64,000 bases of DNA. Origin: an uncultured Clostridia bacterium (lineage in GTDB: Bacteria > Bacillota > Clostridia > TANB77 > CAG-508). This document shows, piece by piece, positions 11,072-21,263 of this stretch. Under the pieces are notes generated by a model, which did no database searches, had not been told where the DNA came from, and saw only the letters and a program-made list of their open reading frames with translations. The number at the start of each line of letters is the position of its first letter. The first letter of the stretch is position 1. The stretch spans positions 70,951 through 134,950 of the forward strand of contig CANQVJ010000004.1 in NCBI GenBank assembly GCA_947627295.1, written 5' to 3'. The translations under genes were made by a program, and so were the position numbers.

Positions 11072-11443
11072 CTATTGTTCCTTTTTAAATAAATATATCA
11101 CTAACACTAATACTATATATAATATTATCACTATAATATTAGTCGTAATTAAAGTTCTAACTACTGAAAATACACCTTTTAATATGATATTTAATATTAA
11201 TGAAACTATTAAATATATAAATGATGCTGATATTACTCCTGATTTAGAAAATGTATTTTCTTCTTTTCTAGTTGTTAAATATATTGCTCCAAAGAATATT
11301 ATTTCGGTTATTATTGTAAATGTAAATGCCACATTTTGTATATTAGTCTTTTCTACGATTGAAAATCCAAAATAAATAACAAAGCTTGCTAATATTATTA
11401 ACATTGCTACAATTGTATATATTATTAATTTTTTTCCCTTCAT
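11072..11443 (-). CDS. hypothetical polytopic small membrane protein
   Basis: 123 aa with 3-4 hydrophobic helices. Confidence 0.45.
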   Translation of the reverse strand: MKGKKLIIYTIVAMLIILASFVIYFGFSIVEKTNIQNVAFTFTIITEIIFFGAIYLTTRKEENTFSKSGVISASFIYLIVSLILNIILKGVFSVVRTLITTNIIVIILYIVLVLVIYLFKKEQ

Positions 11444-11452
11444 ATAAACCTC

Positions 11453-12577
11453 CTATATTTTTTCACCACAGTTTGGACAAAACTTTTGTGTTTTGTCTAC
11501 TTCTTTTCCACATTTATGGCATTTTTTTATTTGTTCAGTTCCACATTCAGAGCAAAACCTTTGATTTTTCTTTAATATCGCTCCACATTTTTCACATATC
11601 AAACCTATTTGTTTGCCACATTCAGAACAAAATTTTTGGTTTTTATTAACTCTTGCTCCACAATGAGGACATTTTTCTTCTTGATTTATTTCACTTGTTC
11701 CCATATTTTGAGTAATATTTCCCATTTGATTAGCAAATGTTCCTCCCATTCCAACGCCCATTCCTAATCCAATTCCTGCTCCTACAAAATCTGCTCCTAC
11801 TCCACCTTCATTTTTCGCAGCTCCTTCTAATGTATCAAATGACCTTTCTTGTGTATAGTTGTAGCCAACTATATCCATTTCAGCACGTTTTGCTAAAGCT
11901 TCTTTTAATTTCTTTACTGCGTTATCTTCTTCTGGTACATCTATTGATGTTATATAAAAGTTTGCTATTTTTACTCCATACTCATCCATTTCCGGTTTTA
12001 TTTCTTCTTTTAAACTCTCTGATATTTCATTTATATAGGCGTTTATTTGTAATATTGATTTTTGTCTTTCTACTAAATAAGTTGATATTGTGTCTTTTAC
12101 TTTAGATACTATTAATCCTCTAAAGTAATTTACAATTTTATCTTGGTCAAATATGTCTAGTGTTCCAACTAATTTAGTTAAAAACTTTTTTGCATTTCCT
12201 ATTTTAAATCCCATTTGGCCAAAAGCTCTTACTGGGATAAACACATCAAATTTAGGATCTTGTAATTGTATAGGTGTCGGTGTTCCCCACTTTACATCTA
12301 ATGCATAGGCTTCATTTATGTACCATACTTCTGCTGTAAATGGACTCTTTCCCCCAAATGGTAAATTTATCAACTTTGATAATATAGGTATATTTTCTGT
12401 TGAAAGTGTATGTCTTCCTGGTCCTAATATATCTAGTACTTTTCCTTCTTTTACAAATACTGCTTCTTGTGATTCATTTACAATTACTTGAGTCCATGTT
12501 CCTAATTCTTGATTTGGATATTTCCACGCTAAAACATCCTTTTTTCCACTGTATTTTAATACCTCTACTATTGCCAT
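11453..12577 (-). CDS. SPFH (band-7/flotillin-like, YdjI-type) domain protein with three C-terminal zinc-ribbon repeats
   Basis: N-terminal 260 aa resemble the SPFH/virion-core-protein-like family (YdjI). The C-terminus has three CxxCG-N9-FCxxCG units (CPHCG..FCSECG, CEKCG..FCSECG, CHKCG..FCPNCG). Confidence 0.7.
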   Translation of the reverse strand: MAIVEVLKYSGKKDVLAWKYPNQELGTWTQVIVNESQEAVFVKEGKVLDILGPGRHTLSTENIPILSKLINLPFGGKSPFTAEVWYINEAYALDVKWGTPTPIQLQDPKFDVFIPVRAFGQMGFKIGNAKKFLTKLVGTLDIFDQDKIVNYFRGLIVSKVKDTISTYLVERQKSILQINAYINEISESLKEEIKPEMDEYGVKIANFYITSIDVPEEDNAVKKLKEALAKRAEMDIVGYNYTQERSFDTLEGAAKNEGGVGADFVGAGIGLGMGVGMGGTFANQMGNITQNMGTSEINQEEKCPHCGARVNKNQKFCSECGKQIGLICEKCGAILKKNQRFCSECGTEQIKKCHKCGKEVDKTQKFCPNCGEKI

Positions 12578-12723
12578 GTTTTTGCTTCACACTCCTTTTA
12601 TTTTATATATTTACTATATCATATCTTATATTTTTTTTCAATAATACTTAGAAAATAATCAACAATTTTATTGATTAAATTCCGATTATTTTTCAAATCT
12701 CTCTTGTAATTTTATGGAAACTA

Positions 12724-12732
12724 TGGTATAAT
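12724..12732 (+). promoter_or_regulatory. extended -10 promoter element TGGTATAAT
   Basis: TGnTATAAT match about 90 nt upstream of the small ORF. Confidence 0.4.
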
Positions 12733-12824
12733 TTGTCAGGAGATGAGCGAAGCAGAGTGTGGTGTATCTCGAATTTCTGTAGAAAGGAGGTTTACTCTAT
12801 TCTATTTAGGAAGGAGGGATGCAT

Positions 12825-12977
12825 ATGTATAACTACCTGATGTTTCTTACAGTATTATTACTTTTGCAACTGACTTTTATGATAATAGTATCTTTTGGCT
12901 TATTAATAGCACTTATTAAAACGATACATAAACTCGATAAATTGCAAAAAAAATACACCTCTGCAAATATCCGTTAG
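12825..12977 (+). CDS. small hydrophobic peptide (50 aa), a candidate membrane peptide
   Basis: RBS GGAGGG 6 nt upstream of the ATG. Peptide MYNYLMFLTVLLLLQLTFMIIVSFGLLIALIKTIHKLDKLQKKYTSANIR. Followed by hairpin CCTCT-N13-AGAGG plus a T-run (12957-12990). Confidence 0.35.
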   Translation: MYNYLMFLTVLLLLQLTFMIIVSFGLLIALIKTIHKLDKLQKKYTSANIR

Positions 12978-13155
12978 AGGGGTATTTTTTACTCAATTAA
13001 CGAGATACGCCACATATTGTGGTCCTCATCTCTATAATTATTATATTATTTTTTTTTACCTTTGTCAATATTTTTGTGGAAAAATTTTGAAAATAGATTG
13101 TGCACACACTGTGTGCACATTTCTAAGTCTTTTGGATAAAAAAGAAACGGTTTAA

Positions 13156-13632
13156 CTAAATCGTTTCTTTTACTTTTTTTATAAAATTTAATATTTCTTT
13201 TTTATATTCCTCTGATGTATTTAATTCCTTCTTTGAATATTCAACCATATCATCTATATTATCTCCATATTTTAAAGTCCAACTATGCCTTGGCAAAAAC
13301 CATATATGATATGTTCCTGAAGAACTTTCATCTTGATATTGAATTAATTTTTTTATTCCTAAACTATGGAGACATTTAATCAATCTATTAGAAACATCAA
13401 TTATCTTATATCTTTCCATTTTAGAAAATTCTGTTATACTAGATACCTTCTTATTAGTACCTAAAATAATTAACCCTTTTATTGGAATTTCTGGATCAGC
13501 AATTAAGGTTATAAAACCATCATCATATATATAACCACCAGGCAAATTTTTAATAGTATGATTTGCAATAGCCTCCCCTATACTTCCTTCAAACTCCATA
13601 TATTCGCCAAGCCAATTTTTTACTTTTTTCAT
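13156..13632 (-). CDS. HIT-like fold protein with a degenerate histidine triad
   Basis: YIYDDGFITLIADPEIPIKGLIIL resembles the HIT core beta-strands, but the expected HxHxHxx triad is replaced by GTYHIWFLPRH. Confidence 0.4.
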   Translation of the reverse strand: MKKVKNWLGEYMEFEGSIGEAIANHTIKNLPGGYIYDDGFITLIADPEIPIKGLIILGTNKKVSSITEFSKMERYKIIDVSNRLIKCLHSLGIKKLIQYQDESSSGTYHIWFLPRHSWTLKYGDNIDDMVEYSKKELNTSEEYKKEILNFIKKVKETI

Positions 13633-13719
13633 TTTTCCTTGTCTCCTTGTTTTTATTTAGTAGAATATGAAAAAGCTAGAAGCGTTGATATTTCAATGTT
13701 TCTAGCTTTTTTAAACCTT

Positions 13720-13793
13720 TGGAGCAGGTAGCGGGAATCGAACCCGCGTCATCAGCTTGGAAGGCTGGGGTTCTACCATTGAACTACACCTGC
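13720..13793 (-). tRNA. tRNA-Gly(UCC)
   Basis: GCAGGUG acceptor, D-arm GUUCAAUGGUAGAAC, anticodon loop CUUCCAA, T-arm GCGGGUUCGAUUCCCGC, CCA. Confidence 0.9.
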
Positions 13794-13950
13794 GTTTGCC
13801 CTTGACTTTATCTATTATACAAGTTTTTAAATCATTTGTCAAGGGCTTTTCTAAATTTTCTTAAAATTTTTGAAAACAATTTGCATTTAGATTTTCACTT
13901 GATGTTTCAAAAAACTCCTTCTTCCCCACTATATTCAATTTTTTTGCTTT

Positions 13951-16908
13951 CTATTCATTTGTAATAACAACATTTTGATAATCAAGTTTGTTATCCGCTT
14001 CACTTGTAGTATTGCCATTTTCATTTGGAGAACTTGTTGCAATACCCTTTTTCTCATTTTCTTCTTGTTCTTCCTTTTTTAGTTGCTCTAAAGTATTAAT
14101 TAATTCTTGAAGTTTCTTAACATCCTTACCCATCATTTCCCAATCATTATTACTATTAGATTGAGTTAAGTTTTGGTTAGCTTTAACAATAGCTTCAATA
14201 ACGCCGTCAATATCGTCAGTATTTTCAACTTCAATTTCTACCGCATATTGTGAAACTAAATTTTGTAATGCCTTAGTTAAATTATCTCCAATAGCAACCT
14301 TATTACCAGAAGCAACTATAACCTTTTTAAGAAGTGGAATTTCAGATTCATTGAGCATTGTTTGGTAAATAGGTTCAACATATAAAAGTGTATTATTTAA
14401 AGGAACAATAATCATTTCTTTTGTAACCTTTGTACCTGTTGTCATTAAAGTTTGAAGTTCCTTTGAAATTGCCTCGTCTTCAGCAATTTGCTTATCAAGT
14501 TGCATTGGCCCTACAATATTACTGTCCTCAGAAAATTTATATAATTTCAACTTATTAGTATTTCCGTCAGTTTTTCCAACTAGATATGAAATCAAATTTT
14601 GTTTTTCTGCAGGTGTATAAATTTGAACTAGCCCTAGAGAAGAATCTTCTCCATTTGTTTTAACTTGTGTATAATATGGTTTCATTGCCACACCTGATGA
14701 TTTATTTGAACTTGTAGTATTTGTTTTTGCAATCTCCCATAAATCATCACTTCTATATAAAACATCTGGTTTAACATTATGGTAAATACCTAACATGTTT
14801 GATTGAATTTTATATAAATATTCTGGATAAACAACATGTTTTGCAATATCTGCAGGTATTTGTTCGTCTTTATCTTTAAACAATGTTTGATATGACTTCC
14901 AATAAGCCATTGCAATAGGGTCTGTTTTATCTGTTATATAGAAACTCATTGTACCGTCGTAACTATCAATTATAACTTTTATTGAATTTCGTATATAATT
15001 TATTTTTTCTTTAACATTATCATGCTCAATAGTTGTATATTGTGAATATGGATATGCATTTGAAACTGTGTATGCATCTAATACCCACATAATTCTACCT
15101 TCGTCATTAATTACTGTATATGGATTTGCATCATAAATTAAATTAGGTAAAACTTTCTTAGCTCTTTGAATAACATTTCTATTAATTAAAATCTTACTAT
15201 TATCAGTCATTTCACCAGAGAAGGCTAAGTTGACATCACCCTTAGTTATTCCTAAAATCAACCTATCTAAGAAATTCAATTTTAATCCTGCATTTCCTTC
15301 ATATGTTGAAGTGTAATCATTTCCAGCTTCATCTGTATAATCATACTCTTTTTTGTTTTTAGTATTTGTTGCAATAGAAGATTTTGTTTCCATACCGAAG
15401 TACATCCTTGGTTGTGTAACCTTAACAACATTATCCTCACCAGAAACTTCTTTTTGAATATAACTAATAGTTCCGTCCTCTAAAGCTGTTGTTGCAGAAG
15501 CAAGGATGACCCCCATACCATGTGTATTCTCATAAGTTTTATTATTGTATGTTCGACCCGAACTCACCATTTCACGAGGAGCAAGATATACAAGCTCATT
15601 TCTTCCTTGAATATTGTAAGATTCAAGAGTGGCATCTTCATACGAATAATAACCTGTACCAGTTTGTGTATCTTCTAAAGTTTTTAAAACTGCATCTTTA
15701 TTTACAATTGTAATATTATTTATAGTTTCATTATTATCTGAAATTTCTTTTTCAGTAATAGTTCCTGAGTTTTCAATATTTTCTTCTTCAATATTTATGT
15801 TGTACGCACTCTTTGTATATTCAATATTGTCAGCCAAATATTCCTTTTCCCTATCAAGCTCATTTGATTTTACAAAAATCAAATCATAAGCGACCATTAC
15901 GCCAAAAAGCACAACCAAATAAACTGGAATTACAATTAACTTCTTTAGAGCATCCTTCATGCTTCCATTTGAAAATTTCTTTACAGCTCTCCAAATTGAA
16001 ATTACAATAACAAATGCAAAAAGCACATATCCCCATAATTTAATTGTAGCTTCAGTCGACCCGGCACCAACTATGCCAACATCTTCTTCAAGTTTAGTAA
16101 TCTCTCCATATAAAATGTTTTGAGTTCCTAAAATTGTAAGTGCTGCAATAGCAATTGCAATTAAAATAACATTTCTTTCAATTTTCTTAATTAAATTACT
16201 CTTTTTAAGCAAACTACTATCAATACCGTCAAAATGATTGTTAAACACAATTATATAGTAAATTGCAGAATAAACAGTAAGTCCTAAAACTATTGCAATA
16301 AAATAAATTATAAGCATTTCAATAACTGGTTTTTGCAGCATATAAAACGCAATATCCAAATTAAAAATTGGATCAGTAATTCCAAAAGAAGAATTACTCA
16401 AAAACAAAATAATTTTATCTGTAAAAATACTTCCAACTATAACACTTGTAATAGCTGAAATCACCAAAGCAAGGGATTTATTCATAAACTTTGGCATAGG
16501 TTTCTTTTCCTTTTCGAAAAAGACCTTAAGACCCTTTTTGATTCCCCTGTTTGTAAAATAAATTACAAAATAAAGTAAGACAAAATTAATTCCCATTATT
16601 GCAATTTTGTAAGTTAAATTAGTAAAAAATACTGGAACATAATTTTCGCCAAGTTCTACAAATTCTAAATAGCTTCCTCTTAAAGAAACATACATACAAA
16701 TTGCAAAAATTGCAATAAAAAGTAGAACTAAACTCCTTCTTATTTTACTCTTTTTGCCTTTCTTACTTTCTAAAGTTTCATTACTTTTTGAAGTTTCTTC
16801 TTTCTTTGAAGTTTCCTTATTTTCAAGTTGTTGTTTAGCTTCACTCTTTTGTGTTTCGTTTTGGTTTACTTGTTTTTTGTTTTCTTTTTCTAAATTTTCC
16901 TTTTCCAC
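13951..16908 (-). CDS. large (985 aa) membrane protein with an N-terminal multi-TM region and a long extracytoplasmic domain. It is UPF0182-like
   Basis: charged N-terminus, about 7 hydrophobic helices in the first 330 aa, then a long soluble domain. This architecture is typical of clostridial UPF0182 proteins. Confidence 0.45.
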   Translation of the reverse strand: MEKENLEKENKKQVNQNETQKSEAKQQLENKETSKKEETSKSNETLESKKGKKSKIRRSLVLLFIAIFAICMYVSLRGSYLEFVELGENYVPVFFTNLTYKIAIMGINFVLLYFVIYFTNRGIKKGLKVFFEKEKKPMPKFMNKSLALVISAITSVIVGSIFTDKIILFLSNSSFGITDPIFNLDIAFYMLQKPVIEMLIIYFIAIVLGLTVYSAIYYIIVFNNHFDGIDSSLLKKSNLIKKIERNVILIAIAIAALTILGTQNILYGEITKLEEDVGIVGAGSTEATIKLWGYVLFAFVIVISIWRAVKKFSNGSMKDALKKLIVIPVYLVVLFGVMVAYDLIFVKSNELDREKEYLADNIEYTKSAYNINIEEENIENSGTITEKEISDNNETINNITIVNKDAVLKTLEDTQTGTGYYSYEDATLESYNIQGRNELVYLAPREMVSSGRTYNNKTYENTHGMGVILASATTALEDGTISYIQKEVSGEDNVVKVTQPRMYFGMETKSSIATNTKNKKEYDYTDEAGNDYTSTYEGNAGLKLNFLDRLILGITKGDVNLAFSGEMTDNSKILINRNVIQRAKKVLPNLIYDANPYTVINDEGRIMWVLDAYTVSNAYPYSQYTTIEHDNVKEKINYIRNSIKVIIDSYDGTMSFYITDKTDPIAMAYWKSYQTLFKDKDEQIPADIAKHVVYPEYLYKIQSNMLGIYHNVKPDVLYRSDDLWEIAKTNTTSSNKSSGVAMKPYYTQVKTNGEDSSLGLVQIYTPAEKQNLISYLVGKTDGNTNKLKLYKFSEDSNIVGPMQLDKQIAEDEAISKELQTLMTTGTKVTKEMIIVPLNNTLLYVEPIYQTMLNESEIPLLKKVIVASGNKVAIGDNLTKALQNLVSQYAVEIEVENTDDIDGVIEAIVKANQNLTQSNSNNDWEMMGKDVKKLQELINTLEQLKKEEQEENEKKGIATSSPNENGNTTSEADNKLDYQNVVITNE

Positions 16909-16923
16909 TACTACACTCTCCTT

Positions 16924-17829
16924 CTAAACAATAGCTTTTACAAAATCCTCCGGATTAAAAATTTCCATATCGTCAATTTGCTCGCCCACTCCAATAAACT
17001 TAACTGGAATGCGGTTTTCTTCAACAATGCCGATGACCACGCCACCCTTTGCTGTTCCGTCAAGCTTTGTTAGCACTAGCCCAGTAATCTCCGCCTCTTG
17101 CTTAAACGCCTTAACCTGCGAAATAGCATTTTGGCCGGTTCCTCCGTCGATTACTAGCAAAACTTCTTTACTACTTTCCGGCATTTCCTTGTTTATAACC
17201 TTGTTTATCTTTTGTAGTTCATCCATTAAATATTTTTTATTATGAAGCCTACCGGCTGTATCCACAATTAAAACATCTGCATTAGACTCTTTGGCCTTCC
17301 TCATAGCTTCATATACAACAGAGGCTGGATCTGAGCCCTCTTGCCTTTTTACAATATCAGCACCTGCCCTGTTTGCCCAAATTTCTAATTGCTCAACAGC
17401 TGCTGCCCTAAAAGTATCTGCTGCAGCCACAACAACTTTTTTGCCCTCTTTAGCTAACCTATTTGCAATTTTTCCAATAGAAGTTGTTTTACCAACCCCA
17501 TTTACTCCAATTACCAAAATCACAGAAGGCGTTGTATCAAGCTTTAAGCTAACATCTGCAACATCTAAAATCTTTTTCATTTCATCTCTTAAAGCATTTT
17601 TAACATCTTCTTCATCTTGAATTTTTTCCTTCTTAATTCTTACTCTAAGATTATTAATAATCTTAACAGATGTATCCATGCCAATGTCTGACATAATTAA
17701 AGTTTCTTCAAGTTCGTCCAAAAAATCTTCATCAACTTTTCTAAAAGTGCTAAAAATATTATTAATTTTGCTGTCAAAAGATTCTTTAGTTTTATTCATA
17801 CCATTTTTTAATTTTTCAAAAAAACCCAT
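16924..17829 (-). CDS. ftsY: signal recognition particle receptor FtsY
   Basis: [36 protein letters not shown]-GTPase motifs. Confidence 0.9.
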   Translation of the reverse strand: MGFFEKLKNGMNKTKESFDSKINNIFSTFRKVDEDFLDELEETLIMSDIGMDTSVKIINNLRVRIKKEKIQDEEDVKNALRDEMKKILDVADVSLKLDTTPSVILVIGVNGVGKTTSIGKIANRLAKEGKKVVVAAADTFRAAAVEQLEIWANRAGADIVKRQEGSDPASVVYEAMRKAKESNADVLIVDTAGRLHNKKYLMDELQKINKVINKEMPESSKEVLLVIDGGTGQNAISQVKAFKQEAEITGLVLTKLDGTAKGGVVIGIVEENRIPVKFIGVGEQIDDMEIFNPEDFVKAIV

Positions 17830-17907
17830 AAACTCGTCCTTTCATTAAAAAAGCTATCTACATAATTATACCACATTTTCAGAATTTATCAATGTTTTTG
17901 GCTAAAT

Positions 17908-18982
17908 TTACACAAATTCTTGAAATACAATGTTCGCAAAATCCAAGCCCTTATCAGTCAATTTTATAAAATCTCCGTCAACTTCTATTAAATCGAATGC
18001 CACCAACTTACTTATTTCATTTTTAAAAGCAAATATTGGATTTTCTCCAAACTTACTCTTAAATCTCTTAACCGACACGCCCTCAAGCATTCTCAAGCCA
18101 AGCATCATATACTCTTTCTTTTGCGAATCAATATCCAAAACCTCGTCAGTAACCCTCTCATATTTTTCATTATTTGAATATCTAACTCCATTTAAAAACG
18201 AATGGGCCGAGACCCCAAAGCCTATGTATTCCTTCTGTTTCCAGCAGTTTGTGTTGTGCAAAGAAAACTTACCGTGGTTTTGCAAAATTAGAAATTTCAT
18301 AATGAACATAACCATTTTGCTCCAAAACATTTTTTACAGTCCAATAAATTTTCCTCTCCTCATCCTCACTCGGAAACTCCAAATCCATTTTGCTTAGTGG
18401 CGTTCCTTCCTCAACAATTAGCGAATATGTAGAAATATGTTCAGGCTTAAGCTCCAAAACTCTATCTAAATCTTTTTTAACCTGACCAACCGACCCCCCT
18501 GGCAAAGCCAAAATCAAATCTACATTAATATTTTCAAAACCAACTTCTCTTGCCAGATTATAGTTTTGAACAAATTGTTCAAAATTGTGGATTCTTCCAA
18601 TGGTCTTCAAAAGTTCATTATCAGTTGTTTGAAGTCCAATGCTCAAGCGATTAAAACCAAACTTCTTATAATCTAAAAGTTTTTTCCTATCAACAGTTCC
18701 CGGATTTACTTCAATAGTAGTTTCACAATTCTTAGGAACCTTTAATTTACTCATAATCTTTCCAATAAATTTGCTATCAATAAAAGAAGGAGTACCCCCA
18801 CCAAAATAAATGGAAGTAACCTCATACTCTTCTAAATTATATGAATCAATTTCTTTACATAGAGCATCAACATATTCTTCAACCCTATTCTCACAATTTG
18901 CAAAAGAAACAAAATCACAATAATAGCACTTTTGCTTGCAAAATGGAATATGTATGTAAATTCCAATTTCTTTTTTACTCAT
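17908..18982 (-). CDS. hemW: radical SAM heme chaperone HemW (HemN-like), frameshift at about 18270-18330 (accgtgg)
   Basis: IHIPFCKQKCYYCDF radical-SAM CxxxCxxC. Two ORFs, 18269-18982 and 17908-18330, overlap in different frames. Confidence 0.8.
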
Positions 18983-19622
18983 TTGCCAACTCCATAATCT
19001 TTTTTAGCCTGTAATTCACCCCTGACTTTCCAACAGGTGGATTAACCAACTTTCCAAGCTCCACTAAAGTTAAATTTGGATTTTCAATCCTAAGTTCTGC
19101 CATTTGCTTTAAACTGCTACTTAGCTCATTAAACCTGTTCTCCCTTTTTAACTTTTGTATAGCCTCTATTTGCTCAACCGCTGCATTAATTGTTTTTGTA
19201 AGGTTTGCGGTTTCACAATTAACAATTCTATTTATTTTTCCACGCATCTCGCGCTCAACTCTAATATCCTCAAAATTCAAAACTGCCCTGCTTGCTCCCA
19301 TAAATGCAAGCATCTTTGAAATCTCCTCACCCTCTTTAATATAAAGGGCTAGCTTATCTTTAGTTCTCAAAATTTTATATGAAACTCCGCCACTTGAAAC
19401 AAGTTCACACGCAAACTCAAGCTCCTCTTCATTTGCAAAAGAAATTTCAAAATGGTACTTGTTTCGTGGATTATTTATTGAACCGCTTCTCAAAAACATT
19501 TTTCTAACAACAGCTTTTTTCTCTTCATCACTAAGTTCTGAGGCGCTATTTCCATACTCTCTATTAATTTCCTTTTTATACTTCGAATTAATTTCATTTT
19601 TTATATCTTGTGAAAACGACAT
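18975..19622 (-). CDS. whiA: WhiA-like DNA-binding protein, short form (about 215 aa) lacking the first LAGLIDADG-like domain
   Basis: MSFSQDIKNEI N-terminus. GASRAVLNFEDIRVEREMRGKINRIVNCETANL and the C-terminal HTH KSGVNYRLKKI match WhiA. About 100 aa of the N-domain are absent. Confidence 0.7.
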   Translation of the reverse strand: MSFSQDIKNEINSKYKKEINREYGNSASELSDEEKKAVVRKMFLRSGSINNPRNKYHFEISFANEEELEFACELVSSGGVSYKILRTKDKLALYIKEGEEISKMLAFMGASRAVLNFEDIRVEREMRGKINRIVNCETANLTKTINAAVEQIEAIQKLKRENRFNELSSSLKQMAELRIENPNLTLVELGKLVNPPVGKSGVNYRLKKIMELANE

Positions 19623-19636
19623 ATTCCGACCACCTC

Positions 19637-20494
19637 TTACAACAATTTTGCGCAAACTACCCTATCTTTATCAAACAAATCCTTTTTGCAATAAATATTC
19701 ATAAACTTATCTTGTTTTTTTATTAAATCCATAACATCTTCTTTTTGGTCATAACCAATTTCCATGCACAAATACCCTTTAGACCTCAAAAATTGGTAAG
19801 CATCTGGAATAATTCTTCTGTAAAAATCCAAGCCGTCATATCCGCCGTCTAAAGCAATTGAAGGCTCCTCTTTTACAGTTTTATCAAGCTTTTTCATAAC
19901 ATCTCTCTTTACATATGGTGGATTAGAAACAATGACATCAAATCTTTCATTACTCAATTTTTCAAACAAATCAGACTGTAAAAATGTAATTTGCTTTTCA
20001 ACTTCATTAGATTTTGCATTTCTCTTAGCAATCTTCAAAGCCTTGCTGCTTATATCTATTGCAGTAACTTTGCTATTTGGAATATATTTTGCAAGCGACA
20101 CGGCTATCGCCCCGCTACCTGTGCACAAGTCTAAAAAGGTCAAAGCATTTAACTTCTTAGAAATCGCAATAACTTCTTCAACCAAACACTCTGTATCATG
20201 CCTAGGAATTAAAACATCTTCATTTACAAAAAAACTTAATTTCATAAATTCTTGTGTATGTGTAATATGTTGCAAAGGTGTACCCCTTTTCATTTTAGCA
20301 ACATATTCAAAAAAAGTTTTTTCCTGCTCCTTTGAAATTTGTTTATTATCATATACAATCAAATGTTGCCTTGTGCATTTTAAAACATATTGCATTAAAA
20401 GCCTAGATTTCATTTTGGGAGATTCAATCTGACTACTCTTCATCAAAGCAACAGATTTATCAAGTGCTTGCCTAATAGTCATCATTTTTATCAC
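19637..20494 (-). CDS. prmC: release-factor glutamine N5-methyltransferase PrmC (HemK)
   Basis: LDLCTGSGAIAVSLA and VSNPPYV motifs. Confidence 0.85.
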   Translation of the reverse strand: MIKMMTIRQALDKSVALMKSSQIESPKMKSRLLMQYVLKCTRQHLIVYDNKQISKEQEKTFFEYVAKMKRGTPLQHITHTQEFMKLSFFVNEDVLIPRHDTECLVEEVIAISKKLNALTFLDLCTGSGAIAVSLAKYIPNSKVTAIDISSKALKIAKRNAKSNEVEKQITFLQSDLFEKLSNERFDVIVSNPPYVKRDVMKKLDKTVKEEPSIALDGGYDGLDFYRRIIPDAYQFLRSKGYLCMEIGYDQKEDVMDLIKKQDKFMNIYCKKDLFDKDRVVCAKLL

Positions 20495-20509
20495 CTCTTT
20501 ACAATTAAT

Positions 20510-20856
20510 GTGAGCAAGCCTGTAAGCCGGGTTCAGTCATTTAAAATAGTCATTTATCTAGAGTATATATCACTATATACTTCAAGCCACTCAAGTTAAG
20601 AAGGCGCCGAGCAGGCTTAATCTTCTAAATTAGGTGTTGCTCCAGATGGGGTTTACACAGCCTACCGTGTCACCACAGTAGCGGTGAGCTCTTACCTCGC
20701 CTTTTCACCCTTACCACAAAAGTGGCGGTTATTTTCTGTTGCACTTTCCTTAAGGTTACCCTCACTAGGCGTTACCTAGCATCATTGCTCTGTGGAGCCC
20801 GGACTTTCCTCTCGAAGAACCTTTCGGTTTCTACCAACGACTATTCAACTTACTCA
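20510..20856 (-). ncRNA. rnpB: RNase P RNA (bacterial type B-like), about 347 nt
   Basis: minus-strand GAGGAAAGUCCGGGCUCCACAG, GGUAACGCC, ACAGAAAAUAACCGCC, GGGUAA signatures. P1 pairs GUGAGUAAG with CUUGCUCAC. A TATAAT box lies at 20865-20870 on the minus strand. Confidence 0.85.
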
Positions 20857-20962
20857 CACATCCTATTATATCATGATTTCTTAAAATTTTCCAGTTTTTT
20901 TTAGTATATTTTTTCGCGCTATGATTTATACTAGAAAAAAGAAAGGTATGGAGAGATAAATA

Positions 20963-21244
20963 GTGGTTTCATTTGTAAATTTAGTAAGTAAGAAAAAGGG
21001 TGAAATAAATAGATTTCTTAGTAAATTTTATAATACTGAAGTCGACCTATACGACCACCTGAGTTGGGAAAAGGAGTACCAGAACCCCGTTGAAATAAGC
21101 GATATAATTGGAGTATTTGTTGATAATTTAGAAGATTATTCATTAAACCTATTTGTTTGCATAGATAAAAATGTTTTCATAAATATAACAACACTTAATG
21201 CAAACTATATAATCAAATATTTATATGAGCGCTTCCCCTATTAG
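20963..21244 (+). CDS. hypothetical small cytoplasmic protein
   Basis: 93-aa ORF with RBS GGAGAG upstream. It is the only plus-strand gene in this area. Confidence 0.4.
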   Translation: MVSFVNLVSKKKGEINRFLSKFYNTEVDLYDHLSWEKEYQNPVEISDIIGVFVDNLEDYSLNLFVCIDKNVFINITTLNANYIIKYLYERFPY

Positions 21245-21263
21245 GAAAGCGCCCATACATTAG

